Positions 51,489 to 61,922 of a DNA stretch of 64,000 bases are shown here, in pieces. Both the position numbers and the translations under genes were made by a program. Within the stretch, counting starts at the first letter, position 1. Each line of letters begins with the position of its first letter. The stretch covers positions 79,938-143,937 of the forward strand of contig JBFXKW010000002.1 of NCBI GenBank assembly GCA_050173345.1, in the 5' to 3' direction. The DNA comes from Alphaproteobacteria bacterium (GTDB lineage: Bacteria > Pseudomonadota > Alphaproteobacteria > UBA828). A model generated the notes under the pieces. That model saw only the letters and a list, made by a program, of their open reading frames with translations, was not told where the DNA came from and did not search any database.

Positions 51489-51607
51489 GGTTCGGCGGCC
51501 GGGGGAGGTTGCACGAAGCGAAGGTTACTTGCCCATGCGGACCCGCCCTGTCAAGGCGCGTTCGCGGCGGGCTTCGAGCTTGCGCGCCAATCTGTTAGGG
51601 ATTGGTT

Positions 51608-52291
51608 ATGGAACCCCCGAAGACGCTGCGCCCGCTCGACGCGGCGAGCCTGGTCCTCTACCGGCGGCGGAACCGCGGCCCCGAGGTGCTGATGGGCCAG
51701 CGCCATGCCGGCCACGTCTTCATGCCGCACCGCTTCGTCTTCCCCGGCGGGCGGGTCGACCCGCGGGATGCCCGCGTCGCCGCCGCCTCCGCGCTGCCGC
51801 CGGCAGCCGAGGCCAAGCTCGCGCTCGGCTGCCGCAGCCCTGCCCGGGTACACGCGCTCGCCATCGCCGCGGTGCGCGAGACCTATGAGGAGACCGGGCT
51901 GATGATCGGCGTGCCCTCGCCGTTCGCCGGCCGGCTCGACGAGCGCCACTGGCAGGGCTTCCGCGAGGCCGGCATCGCGCCCGCGCTCGACCGGCTCCGC
52001 TACATCTTCCGCGCCGTGACGCCGCCGGGCATGGTGCGGCGCTACGATGCCCGATTCTTCCTGGCGGAGGCCGACGGCACGCTGCACGGCGCGCTCGGCG
52101 GCGACGGCGAGCTCGAGAACATGGCGTGGCTCGCGATCGAGGAGGCGCTCGCGCTCGACCTCTCGCTCCCGACGCGCCTGGTGCTCGAAGAGGTGCCGCG
52201 CCTGATCGGGACCGACCCTTCCGCCGACGCCGGCCGCCCGGTCCCCTTCCTGTTCACCCGCCGCGGCCGCGACATCCTGAAGGCGGAGTGA
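51608..52291 (+). CDS. NUDIX hydrolase
   Basis: Nudix box 'GGRVDPRDARVAAASALPPAAEAKLALGCRSPARVHALAIAAVRETYEETGL' (REx2EEx2G). The start is ambiguous between the ATG at 51602 (MVMEP…) and the ATG at 51608 (MEPPKT…). Confidence 0.7.
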   Translation: MEPPKTLRPLDAASLVLYRRRNRGPEVLMGQRHAGHVFMPHRFVFPGGRVDPRDARVAAASALPPAAEAKLALGCRSPARVHALAIAAVRETYEETGLMIGVPSPFAGRLDERHWQGFREAGIAPALDRLRYIFRAVTPPGMVRRYDARFFLAEADGTLHGALGGDGELENMAWLAIEEALALDLSLPTRLVLEEVPRLIGTDPSADAGRPVPFLFTRRGRDILKAE

Positions 52292-52294
52292 AGT

Positions 52295-53194
52295 TCACGA
52301 TCCGGCGAAGCGGTACCGGCCCGCAACGGTCAGGGCGCCCTCGCTCACCACCGCGCCGCGCTCGACCAGCTCGATGAGATGCGCGAGGACGGAGCGGCCG
52401 GCCGCGCCATGCAGCCTCGGGTCGACGTCCTTATAGAGGGCACGCACGATCTCGGGGATGGTCGCGATGCCGTCGCGCAGGCAGGAGAGGATTTGCGCCT
52501 CGCGCTCGGCGCGATGCTCCAGCAGCGCCGCGACATGCGCCTGCGGCTCGCGGATCGGCGCGCCATGGGTCGGCCAGTAGATCGTCTCGCCGCGTTCCAG
52601 CAGCGCGCCGAGCGAGGCGCGGTAGGCGCGCATGTCGCCGTCCGGCGGCGAGACCACCGTGGTCGACCAGCCCATGACGTGATCGCCGCAGAAGAGCGCG
52701 GCCTCTTCGCGCAGCGCGAAGCACAGATGGTTCGAGGTGTGGCCGGGCGTGTGCACCGCCTCGAACGTCCAGCCTCGCCCTTCGATGACGTCGCCGTGCG
52801 TGATGCGGATATCGGGCACGAACTCATGGTCGGCGCCCTCCTCCACCGCCTCGGCCGCATGCTCGCCGCCATGCGGGCCGAAGCCGTAGGTCGGCGCGCC
52901 GAGCCGTTCCTTCAGGTGGCGCGCCGCCGGCGAATGGTCGCGGTGCGTGTGGGTGATCAGCAGATGACTCACCGTCTCGCCCTCGACCGCGCGGAGCAGC
53001 GCCTCGATATGCTCGTCGAGCTCGGGGCCCGGATCGATGATGGCGACCGTGCCGCGCCCGACGATGTAGGTGCCGGTGCCGTGGAAGGTGAACGGCCCGC
53101 CATTGCGCGCGACCACCCGTCGCACCAGCGGCGTCAGCTCGGCGACGGCGCCGTAGGCGAAGTCGAGCGTGCGGTCGAAGACGAGCGGCGGCAT
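52295..53194 (-). CDS. MBL-fold metallo-hydrolase
   Basis: 'LLITHTHRDHSPA' HxHxDH motif with downstream His/Asp ligands. 299 aa. Confidence 0.8.
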   Translation of the reverse strand: MPPLVFDRTLDFAYGAVAELTPLVRRVVARNGGPFTFHGTGTYIVGRGTVAIIDPGPELDEHIEALLRAVEGETVSHLLITHTHRDHSPAARHLKERLGAPTYGFGPHGGEHAAEAVEEGADHEFVPDIRITHGDVIEGRGWTFEAVHTPGHTSNHLCFALREEAALFCGDHVMGWSTTVVSPPDGDMRAYRASLGALLERGETIYWPTHGAPIREPQAHVAALLEHRAEREAQILSCLRDGIATIPEIVRALYKDVDPRLHGAAGRSVLAHLIELVERGAVVSEGALTVAGRYRFAGS

Positions 53195-53207
53195 GGCGGC
53201 TTCCGGT

Positions 53208-54152
53208 TCAACGCAGTTCGAGCGCCGACCTTACGGCTTCAGGCGACAGGCTGGCGAGGTCCGCCGCGCGGATGACCTTCACCGCCGCGCCGCGCGGCGC
53301 GCACAGCGCAGGGTCGGACTCGGCCGAGAACAGCACGACGGACGGGCAGCCCAGCACGGCGATCAGGTGCATCGGCCCGGTGTCGTTGCCGACGGCACCG
53401 GCGGCGCGGCGCGCCAGCGCGGCGACTTGGCCGAAACTGGTGCGGCCGCTGAGATCGACGGCATCCGGCAGCCGTCGTGCAATGTCTCCGATCGGCGCCC
53501 GGTCGGCTCCAGCGCCGATCAGCACCACGCCGACACCTTTCTCATGCAGCCACCGGCCGAGCGCGGCATAGCCATCAGCCGGCCAGCGCTTGGCCGGCCG
53601 ATGCGCCGCGCCGCCCGGCACCATGAGCACATAGCGCGCCGGCAGCGCGAAGCCAGAGAGATCGCCGTCGAGCCAGCCGAGATCGGGCGCAGGCACGTTC
53701 CCGATGCCGGCGTCCCTCAGTTGTTCCCGCTGGCGCTCGATCGTGTGCATGAAATCGCGCCGGGGGTTGCCGTGCGGATGCGAGCAGCCGCGCGCGACGC
53801 CCGACCATTCCGGCCGCGGCGCCGCGAACAGCCGGTAATAGGCGCTCGACCGGGCCGAGGTCTGCAAATCATAGACGCGCGAGAAGCCGCCGGCGCGCAG
53901 CCTGCGGCGCAGCCTCAGCACCCCGGCGAGATCGTACCAGGGCGGCCGCGCATCGACCCAGACCGCGTCGAAATAGGGCGAGGCTTCGGCGAGCGCCGCA
54001 TAGGGCGCGGTGGTCAGCAGCACGATCTCGTCGCCGGGGTGATGGGCGCGGATGGCGGCGAACGGCCCCATCGCGAGGATCATGTCGCCGAACGCACCAT
54101 GCTTGATGACCAGGATGCGCCGCGGTTTCGCCGCGCCCGAATGTCCGCTCAA
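53208..54152 (-). CDS. Glycosyltransferase family 9 (ADP-heptose:LPS heptosyltransferase-like)
   Basis: 'RRILVIKHGAFGDMILAMGPF' GT9 N-terminus. The proposed TTG start at 54152 overlaps the TGA of the upstream GT4 gene (TTGA). The longer track ORF (to 54206) would overlap the GT4 gene by 58 nt. Confidence 0.65.
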   Translation of the reverse strand: MSGHSGAAKPRRILVIKHGAFGDMILAMGPFAAIRAHHPGDEIVLLTTAPYAALAEASPYFDAVWVDARPPWYDLAGVLRLRRRLRAGGFSRVYDLQTSARSSAYYRLFAAPRPEWSGVARGCSHPHGNPRRDFMHTIERQREQLRDAGIGNVPAPDLGWLDGDLSGFALPARYVLMVPGGAAHRPAKRWPADGYAALGRWLHEKGVGVVLIGAGADRAPIGDIARRLPDAVDLSGRTSFGQVAALARRAAGAVGNDTGPMHLIAVLGCPSVVLFSAESDPALCAPRGAAVKVIRAADLASLSPEAVRSALELR

Positions 54153-55309
54153 CCGCCAGGCCCGCCTTCTAGCACCTCGCGATAGACCGCGAGCGTGCGT
54201 TCGCACATGGCACGCAGGCTGAAATTGGCCTCGACATGCGCCCGCGCCGCCGCGGCACGCCTCGCCCGCTCCTCGGCATCGAGCGACAGCGCCTCGTCGA
54301 TCGCGCGCGCCATGGCGGCCGCATCGCCCGGCGGGACCAGCCAGCCGGTGAGCCCGGCCAGCACCGTCTCGCGCGCGCCGCCGTGGTCGGTCGCGACCAC
54401 GGGCACACCCATCGCCTGCGCCTCGGCGGCGACCCGGCCGAACGCCTCGGGGCGCCTTGAAGCCGAAACCACCACGTCAGCCAGCATGTAGGCGGCCGGC
54501 ATGTCGTCGCAACGGCCGACGAAGCGCACCCGGCTCGCGAGGTCGAGCGCCGCCGCCCGCCCCAACATGGTCTCGACGAAGCTCTGCGCGTCGGTGCCGT
54601 TGCCGACCATCACGCAGCACGCATCGGCGCGCACCCGCGCCATCGCCTCGATCAGCAGATCATGGCCCTTCCAGGTGGTGAGGCGGCCGGGCAGCATCAC
54701 GACCGGCGCGCCGTCCTCGAGCCGCCACCGCCTGGACAGCCCGACGATACGGTCCGCGCTGACCGCCCGTGGCGTGAACTGGTCGAGGTCGACGCCGCGC
54801 GGGATGATCCTGATGCGCGAGCGATCGACGGCATGGTGCCGGACGATGCGGTCCGCGATGAAGTTCGAGATCGCGATGACGCGCTCGCCCCGCGTCATGA
54901 TCGCGTTGTAGGCGCGCTTGAGCGGAACCCTGGTGCCGTGCGTGCCATGCACCGTGGTGACGAAATGCCGGCGCGTGGCGCGCGCCGCGTAGTAGGCGCA
55001 CCATGCCGGCGCGCGCGAGCGGGCATGGACGATATCGACGCCCGCCTCTTCGATCAGCCTCTTCAGGCGCCGGATATTGGCCGCCATCACGAACGGGTTC
55101 TTGCTGTGCAGCGGCAGGCGCACATGCCGGCCGCCGAGCGCGTCGATCCGGCCGGCGAGGCGCGTCGCGTTCGAGGCGACCACGGCGCCCCAGCCGGCCT
55201 GGACCAGCGCGCGGGCAATGTCGATCGTGCCGCGCTCGACCCCGCCGCCGCCGTCGAGATCCGGCAAGACCTGGAGGACGATCGGCGCGCGCCCCGTTTG
55301 CTCGCTCAA
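54149..55309 (-). CDS. Glycosyltransferase family 4 (GT-B, retaining)
   Basis: 'E…FGRVAAEAQAMGVPVVATDHGGARETV' EX7E GT4 motif. 386 aa. Confidence 0.8.
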   Translation of the reverse strand: MSEQTGRAPIVLQVLPDLDGGGGVERGTIDIARALVQAGWGAVVASNATRLAGRIDALGGRHVRLPLHSKNPFVMAANIRRLKRLIEEAGVDIVHARSRAPAWCAYYAARATRRHFVTTVHGTHGTRVPLKRAYNAIMTRGERVIAISNFIADRIVRHHAVDRSRIRIIPRGVDLDQFTPRAVSADRIVGLSRRWRLEDGAPVVMLPGRLTTWKGHDLLIEAMARVRADACCVMVGNGTDAQSFVETMLGRAAALDLASRVRFVGRCDDMPAAYMLADVVVSASRRPEAFGRVAAEAQAMGVPVVATDHGGARETVLAGLTGWLVPPGDAAAMARAIDEALSLDAEERARRAAAARAHVEANFSLRAMCERTLAVYREVLEGGPGG

Positions 55310-55414
55310 GCTGATATTCTCTCCGGTATCGACCGCCGAGTTTGGCGCGGCTGCCAGGCGATACGCCGACCGCCGCGAGCCGCATCTTCAACCAAGAACG
55401 CTTCGAGCCCGACC

Positions 55415-56185
55415 ATGAGCCGATCAGCGACCATCGCATCGCCGAGCCGCCTGACGCGCGGAGACGGCGCCACCATCGCCTACCATCGCACCGAGGGCAA
55501 GAGTCCCGGCGTCGTCTTCATGGGCGGCTTCATGTCGGATATGAGCGGCATCAAGGCGACCACGCTCGAGGCGCATTGCCGCGCAACCGGCAGGGCCTAT
55601 CTGCGCTTCGACTATTTCGGCCACGGCGAATCGAGCGGGCGCTTCGAGGACGGCACCATTGGCCGCTGGCAGGACGACGCGCTCGCCGTGCTCGACGCCC
55701 TGACCGCAGGCCCGCAGATCGTGGTCGGCTCCAGCATGGGCGGCTGGATCGCGCTGCTCGCGGCGCTGGCGCGGCCGGAGCGGGTGCACGCGCTGATCGG
55801 ACTCGCCGCCGCCCCCGACTTCACCGAGGATCTGCTCTACGCCGCCTTCGACGCCGAGACCCGCGCCGCGCTCGAACGCGACGGCAGGATCGAGATACCT
55901 TCGGACTATGGCGATGCGCCCTACCCGATCACGCGCCGGCTCATCGTCGATGGCCGCCGCCATCTCCTGCTCGGGCAGGCGATCGGGCTGCGTTGCCCGG
56001 TGCGGCTGTTTCAGGGCATGAACGACGCGGACGTGCCCTGGCGCCACGCGCTGCGTATCATGGAGCGGATCGAGGGCGAGAATGCGATCCTCACCCTGAT
56101 CAAGGACGGCGATCACCGGCTGTCCAGGCCCGAGGATCTTGCCCGCATCTGCGCCGAGATCGACGCGCTGGCGAGTGGACAGTAG
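55415..56185 (+). CDS. Alpha/beta-fold hydrolase
   Basis: ATG at 55415 (MSRSATIASPSRLTRGDGATIAYHR…). Nucleophile elbow 'GSSMGG', and Asp/His further on. Confidence 0.75.
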   Translation: MSRSATIASPSRLTRGDGATIAYHRTEGKSPGVVFMGGFMSDMSGIKATTLEAHCRATGRAYLRFDYFGHGESSGRFEDGTIGRWQDDALAVLDALTAGPQIVVGSSMGGWIALLAALARPERVHALIGLAAAPDFTEDLLYAAFDAETRAALERDGRIEIPSDYGDAPYPITRRLIVDGRRHLLLGQAIGLRCPVRLFQGMNDADVPWRHALRIMERIEGENAILTLIKDGDHRLSRPEDLARICAEIDALASGQ

Positions 56186-56292
56186 GGCTTCAATTCTTGG
56201 TGACGCGGGCGGCCATGGCTATACAATCCGCGCCCGTTCCTTCTCATATGTCCGGCGAAGGGCCGACCCTCGAAGCGTGCGGGGTATCGAAC

Positions 56293-56898
56293 ATGGCGAA
56301 AGCGATCCAGGCGAGACGCAAGGCGCATAGGCGCGCGCTGAGCGGCAGCGCCGCCGCGCTCGTCTGCGGCCTGTTCGCCGCAAGCATCGCGGGCGCGGCC
56401 AACCCGATCGCCGAGCTCGACGCCGGGCCGGACGGTACGCCGATCATCCGCATGACGACGCCCGACGCGCCGACGCCCGCACCGGCCGTCTCGTTCGTCG
56501 ATGCCTCGGGCGCCACGCAGCCGCTCGCGGCCTACAAGGGCAAGCTGACCGCCCTTCATTTCTGGGCGACCTGGTGCGCGCCCTGCCGCGTCGAGCTGCC
56601 CAAAGTCGATGCCATGGCGGCGGCATTGGCCGGCGCGGACTTCGCGGTCGTGCCGGTCTCGGTCGATCGGGACGGCCCTGAGATCGTCACGACGTTCTAC
56701 GAGCAGCACCAGATCAGCAACCTGCCGCTGTTCCTCGACAACGGCCTCGCGGCGTTCCGCGCCTTCAAGCTCGGCGGCGTTCCCGCCACCGTCTTCATCG
56801 ATGCCGAGGGCAACGAGATCGCCCGCGTGCTCGGCGATCGCGACTGGTCGAGCCCCGAGGTCATCGAGTTGATCCGCAAGATGATCGAGCGGAGCTGA
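56293..56898 (+). CDS. TlpA-family thiol:disulfide oxidoreductase (periplasmic thioredoxin-like)
   Basis: Signal/anchor (ALSGSAAALVCGLFAASIAGA), 'HFWATWCAPCRVELP' WCxxC active site. 201 aa. Confidence 0.75.
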   Translation: MAKAIQARRKAHRRALSGSAAALVCGLFAASIAGAANPIAELDAGPDGTPIIRMTTPDAPTPAPAVSFVDASGATQPLAAYKGKLTALHFWATWCAPCRVELPKVDAMAAALAGADFAVVPVSVDRDGPEIVTTFYEQHQISNLPLFLDNGLAAFRAFKLGGVPATVFIDAEGNEIARVLGDRDWSSPEVIELIRKMIERS

Positions 56899-56902
56899 CC
56901 AA

Positions 56903-57691
56903 CTAGAGTAGAGCCTTCAAGCCGGCCCGATAGTCCGGATAGCGCAGGCGCACGCCGAGCTCCTCCTTGATGCGCCGGTTCGAGACCCGCTTGCTCTCGG
57001 CATAGAAGCTGCGCGCCATCGGCGACAGCGTGGCGGCGACCTCGTCATAGGCGACGAGCGGCGGCGGCGCGACGCCGAGCAGCGCGCAGGCATGGGCGAT
57101 GACCTCGGCCGGCGGCGCCGGCTCGTCGTCGCAGACATTGTAGACGGCGCCCGGATGCGGCCGCTGCATCGAGGCTTCGAGCACGGTCGCGATGTCCGCG
57201 ACATGGACGCGCGAGAACACCTGGCCCGGCTTGTCGATCCGTTTCGCCGTGCTGGCCCGCACGGCATCGAGCGCGCTGCGCCCCAGGCCGTAGATGCCGG
57301 CGAGGCGGAAGACATGGACGGGCACGCCCGCGTCCCGCCAAAGCGCGAGCCAGCCATTCTCGGCATCGAGCCGGGCCTCGCCGCGCCGGCCGCTCGGGTG
57401 CGGCGGCGTCGCTTCGTCGACCCAGCCGCCGCCGCGATCGCCATAGACCCCCGTGGTCGACAGATAGCCGAGCCAGCGCAGCGCACGCGACGCCGCGATG
57501 TCGCCGCCATGGAGCTTGAGCACGGGGTCGCCGCGTTGGAGGTCGGGCGGGATCGAGAGCAGGACATGGCTCGCCTCCGCCAGCCACTCGCGCCCCGCAT
57601 CGAGCGGCGCCGTGCCGTCGAACAGCACGGCCTCGACGCCTCGGGCACGCAGCGCGTCCACCGCTTCGGGCGTGCGGGCGGTGCCTGCCAC
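56903..57691 (-). CDS. NAD-dependent epimerase/dehydratase-like SDR protein. This is the minimal ORF, and the true N-terminus probably extends ~30 codons upstream.
   Basis: The track ORF begins at GTG 57691. The open frame upstream, as implied by the track frames, encodes the Rossmann start '…FRLFCFGHGYTASALAARLGAGWRVAGTART…' without a canonical start codon before an in-frame stop near 57800. Confidence 0.65.
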   Translation of the reverse strand: MAGTARTPEAVDALRARGVEAVLFDGTAPLDAGREWLAEASHVLLSIPPDLQRGDPVLKLHGGDIAASRALRWLGYLSTTGVYGDRGGGWVDEATPPHPSGRRGEARLDAENGWLALWRDAGVPVHVFRLAGIYGLGRSALDAVRASTAKRIDKPGQVFSRVHVADIATVLEASMQRPHPGAVYNVCDDEPAPPAEVIAHACALLGVAPPPLVAYDEVAATLSPMARSFYAESKRVSNRRIKEELGVRLRYPDYRAGLKALL

Positions 57692-57831
57692 GCGCCAGCC
57701 GGCGCCGAGCCGCGCGGCGAGCGCGCTCGCGGTATAGCCATGGCCGAAGCAGAACAGGCGGAACGGCTCAGGAATGGTCGGGCCCCGCTCGGGCTTGCAT
57801 TTTTACGGGCGGCATAGAGATTCTACGGACC

Positions 57832-58650
57832 ATGCGATCCCGGCTGCAATGCCTCGCCGTCCGGCGCGGCGTTCCTTCCCTGCTATTGGGCGTTCTGCTG
57901 CTGGCCATGTCGCCCGCCGGCGCGGCGGACGAGGCGGCGAAGCCCGGCGCCTACCAGGAATGGAGCGGCGTCAGCCCCGAGCAGTATTCGGAATGCATCG
58001 ACCTCGCCTTGCGCGAGCCCGAAGCCGGCTTCGAGCGCGCGATCGGCTGGCGCGACATGGGCGGCGGCGCGCCGGCGCGCCACTGCGTCACGGTCGCGCT
58101 CTACGCGCTCGGCCACTTCGCCGAGGCGGCCAAGCGGCTGGAGGAGCTTGCGACCGAGGGTGGCACGCTGCCGGTGACGCTGCGCACCGCCCTGCTCGGC
58201 CAGGCCGGCGAAGCCTGGATGGCGGCGCGCGACTATTCCAGGGCCTATGCCACCCTGAGCGCCGCGCTCGAGATCACGCCCGACGACACCACGCTGCTGC
58301 TGGAACGCAGCCTCGCCGCGGCCGGCGCGGAAAGCTATTTCGACGCGCTCGACGACCTCAACCGGGTGATCGACATCGCGCCCGACAATGCGGACGCGCT
58401 TGCCTTCCGGGCCGCGGCCTTCCGCTATCTCGATTCGCTGGAGCTCGCGAACGACGACGTCGAGCGCGCGCTGGAGGTCGACCCCTCGCATGCCGGCGCG
58501 CTCCTGGAGCGCGGCAACCTCCGCAAGGTTCAGGGCGACGCGGCGGGCGCGCGCAAGGACTGGCTCAAGGTGATCTCGCTCGCGCCCGAATCGGCAACCG
58601 CCGACGCCGCGCGCGTCAATCTAGAGGCGCTCGACGTCAAGACCCAGTAG
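57832..58650 (+). CDS. Secreted tetratricopeptide-repeat protein
   Basis: Signal peptide (LLLGVLLLAMSPAGAAD) followed by TPR-like helical repeats. Confidence 0.65.
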   Translation: MRSRLQCLAVRRGVPSLLLGVLLLAMSPAGAADEAAKPGAYQEWSGVSPEQYSECIDLALREPEAGFERAIGWRDMGGGAPARHCVTVALYALGHFAEAAKRLEELATEGGTLPVTLRTALLGQAGEAWMAARDYSRAYATLSAALEITPDDTTLLLERSLAAAGAESYFDALDDLNRVIDIAPDNADALAFRAAAFRYLDSLELANDDVERALEVDPSHAGALLERGNLRKVQGDAAGARKDWLKVISLAPESATADAARVNLEALDVKTQ

Positions 58651-59794
58651 TCCTGAACGGCGCCTCCCACTCGCGCCGCACGGCGTCGTCGGGCTCGCCT
58701 GCCAGGCGGTGCGCCTTCTCCTCGGCGAAGCGGGACGGGCTGAGGCGCGCCAGCGCCCAGGCCGCCATCGCGCGCACCAGCGGCGATGCGTCGTCGAGCC
58801 GCGCCGCCGCGCTCCCGGCCAGCGAACGGTCCCCGCTGTTGCCGACCGCGATCAGCACGTTGCGGAGGAAACGATCCCGGCTGATGCGCTTGATCGGCGA
58901 GCCGGCGAAGCGTTGCCGGAACGCGGCATCGTCGAGCGTCGCAAGCTCGGCGAGCGGTGGCGCTTCCAGCCCGGCGCGCGCGGCGAAGCGGAGCTCGCGC
59001 CCCGCCGCCGCGAACTTGTTCCAGGGGCAGACCGCGAGGCAGTCGTCGCAGCCATAGATGCGGTTGCCCATCGCGGTTCGGAATTCCGGCGCGATGTGCC
59101 CCTTGTGCTCGATCGTGAGGTAGGAGATGCAGCGCCGCGCGTCGAGCCGGCGCGGCGCCGGGAACGCCCTGGTCGGGCAGGCATCGAGGCAGCGCCGGCA
59201 GCGCCCGCAATGGTCCTCGAACGGTTCGTCCGGCGGCAGGTCGAGCGTCGTGAAGAGGGCCGCGATGAAGAGCCAGGAGCCGTGCTCGCGCGACACCAGG
59301 TTGGTGTGCTTGCCCTGCCAGCCGAGGCCGGCGGCCTGGGCGAGCGGCTTCTCCATCACCGGCGCCGTATCGACGAACACCTTGACCTCGCCGCCATGGC
59401 GCTCGACCAGCCCGCGTGCCACCCGCTTGACGGCGCGCTTGAGCACGTCGTGATAGTCGGCGCCGCGCGCATAGACCGAGATGTTGCCGGCGCCGGGCTT
59501 GGCCAAGGTCTCCAGCGGGTCGCGCGAGGGCGCATAGCTCGCGCCGAGCACGACCACGCTCCTCGCCTCGGGCCAGAGCGCCTGCGGCGCGCTGCGCTCT
59601 TCGGCGCGCGCTTCGAGCCAGCCCATGTCGCCGTGATAGCCCAACGCAAGAAAGCCGCTTAAGCCCTCGCGTGCGGCCGCCGGCAATTGTGCCGGGGCGA
59701 AGCCGACCGCATCGAAGCCGTGCTCATGGGCAAGCGCGGCGACCGCCCGCTTGATCTCGGCGGGGTCCGGCTCTCGCGCACGCGGCAGCGCCAT
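58637..59794 (-). CDS. queG: Epoxyqueuosine reductase (tRNA queuosine biosynthesis)
   Basis: Start at the internal ATG 59794 (MALPRAREPDPAEIKRA…). 4Fe-4S ferredoxin motifs 'CGRCRRCLDACP' and 'CDDCLAVCPWN' plus the C-terminal HEAT-like region typical of QueG. Confidence 0.85.
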   Translation of the reverse strand: MALPRAREPDPAEIKRAVAALAHEHGFDAVGFAPAQLPAAAREGLSGFLALGYHGDMGWLEARAEERSAPQALWPEARSVVVLGASYAPSRDPLETLAKPGAGNISVYARGADYHDVLKRAVKRVARGLVERHGGEVKVFVDTAPVMEKPLAQAAGLGWQGKHTNLVSREHGSWLFIAALFTTLDLPPDEPFEDHCGRCRRCLDACPTRAFPAPRRLDARRCISYLTIEHKGHIAPEFRTAMGNRIYGCDDCLAVCPWNKFAAAGRELRFAARAGLEAPPLAELATLDDAAFRQRFAGSPIKRISRDRFLRNVLIAVGNSGDRSLAGSAAARLDDASPLVRAMAAWALARLSPSRFAEEKAHRLAGEPDDAVRREWEAPFRTTGS

Positions 59795-59802
59795 CGCCCG
59801 GC

Positions 59803-60471
59803 TCAGAAGTCGAGGTCGGCGTAGTGCCTCGGCGGCGGCACGCCGGCGATGTAGTCGGCGAGCAGCGGCCGGAACGAGGGGCGCGACTTGATGCGCGCAT
59901 ACCAGTCGCGCGCCGCCTCGTAGCGCTCCCACGGCACGTCGCCCAGATAGTCGATCACCGAGAGATGCGCGGCGGCGGCGATGTCGGCGAGCGAGAACTC
60001 GTCGCCCGCGAGCCAGCGCCTTCGGTCGGTCAGGTAGCCGATATAGTCGAGATGGCCCCTGATGTTGGCGAGGCCGGCACGTACCGTCTCCGAGTCAGGC
60101 GGCTGCTTGTGCAGGAAGCGCTTGGTGAACTTCTCGCCGTGCAGATACTGGGTTACCTCGCGCGAGAACTTGACGTCGAACCACGCGACCAGGCGGCGCA
60201 CCTCGGCGCGGGCGAGCGGCGCGGTGCCGATCAGCGGCCGATCCGTATAGACGTCCTCCAGGTATTCGGCGATCGCCTCGGCGCCGACCACGGCCACGCC
60301 ATCGGCCTCGACCAGCACCGGCGGCTCGCCGGCCGGGTTCAATGCGAGGAACTCGTCGCGTCGCTCCCAATAGGGTTCGACGACGAGCTCGAATTCGAGG
60401 TCCTTCTCGGCGAGCGCCACCCGGACGGTCCGACAGGCCGGCGAGAGCCAGATATGGTAAAGCCGCCGCAT
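59803..60471 (-). CDS. Glutathione S-transferase
   Basis: Start is the ATG at 60471 (MRRLYHIWLSPACRTVRVALAEK…), the GST N-terminal thioredoxin fold with a Ser/Cys catalytic site, followed by the C-terminal helical domain. The 599-aa track ORF upstream is a non-coding extension. Confidence 0.85.
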   Translation of the reverse strand: MRRLYHIWLSPACRTVRVALAEKDLEFELVVEPYWERRDEFLALNPAGEPPVLVEADGVAVVGAEAIAEYLEDVYTDRPLIGTAPLARAEVRRLVAWFDVKFSREVTQYLHGEKFTKRFLHKQPPDSETVRAGLANIRGHLDYIGYLTDRRRWLAGDEFSLADIAAAAHLSVIDYLGDVPWERYEAARDWYARIKSRPSFRPLLADYIAGVPPPRHYADLDF

Positions 60472-60699
60472 GACGGTACAGTCTAGAGCAGGGTGGTCTG
60501 GGATGGAATCGCCCTGCGCTTCCATCCCGAACGTGAATCCTGCTCCATTCAACAAGTTGGAGCGCGATTCACCGATCAGGTTGGCGCGACCTGATCGGCT
60601 CGTGCTCCGGCCCGCGCCGGGCAGGCATGCAGCGCCCGCGTCACCGAAAGTTGAAACCTGCTTACTCTCCGTGTCCGGGCGGCGTGCTATGTATTCCGC

Positions 60700-61470
<771 letters not shown>

Positions 61471-61499
61471 TCCGACCAGCTTTGTTCGTCGTACTCCCC

Positions 61500-61875
61500 T
61501 AGCCCTCTTCAAGGAGAGGGAACAGAAGGTGTGACGTCGCCGCCTTGCTCCCTTCCCCTCGAAACGGGCCGATCGCCTACAAGTGCCTGTCGGCTTCGGC
61601 ATGAATCCCCTCTCCGCCCTCGGGGGCGGAGAGGGCCAGGGTGAGGTGGGGGGAGCCGATGCAGGCTGCCAGGCTATGCGGGACTCCGTCCGCTTCCTAC
61701 GTCAACGTCTCACATTGTGCCGCCGCACCCCACCTCACCCGGCGCGCTGGCGCGCGCCACCCCCCGATCAAGTCGGGGGCAGGCTCTCTCCGCCCCGCCG
61801 GCGGAGAGGGTTCCGTGGTGCCGGCCCATTCGATCCGTCCATTGACGATTGCCTCGACCTCAGGGAGAGGATTGG
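61500..61875. repeat. Cluster of GC-rich palindromic repeat units (REP/MITE-like) in the DUF1223-htpG spacer
   Basis: Three hairpins built on CCTCTCC…GGAGAGG sit at ~61504-61521, 61607-61635 and 61784-61810. A 12-bp long-range inverted repeat ggtgaggtgggg / ccccacctcacc at 61640-61653 and 61727-61739 brackets them. None of the track ORFs here looks coding. Confidence 0.5.
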
Positions 61876-61922
61876 GGTGGGGTTGACTCGCGGACTCAAG
61901 GCGCGTCCGGCAACCATCTGCA

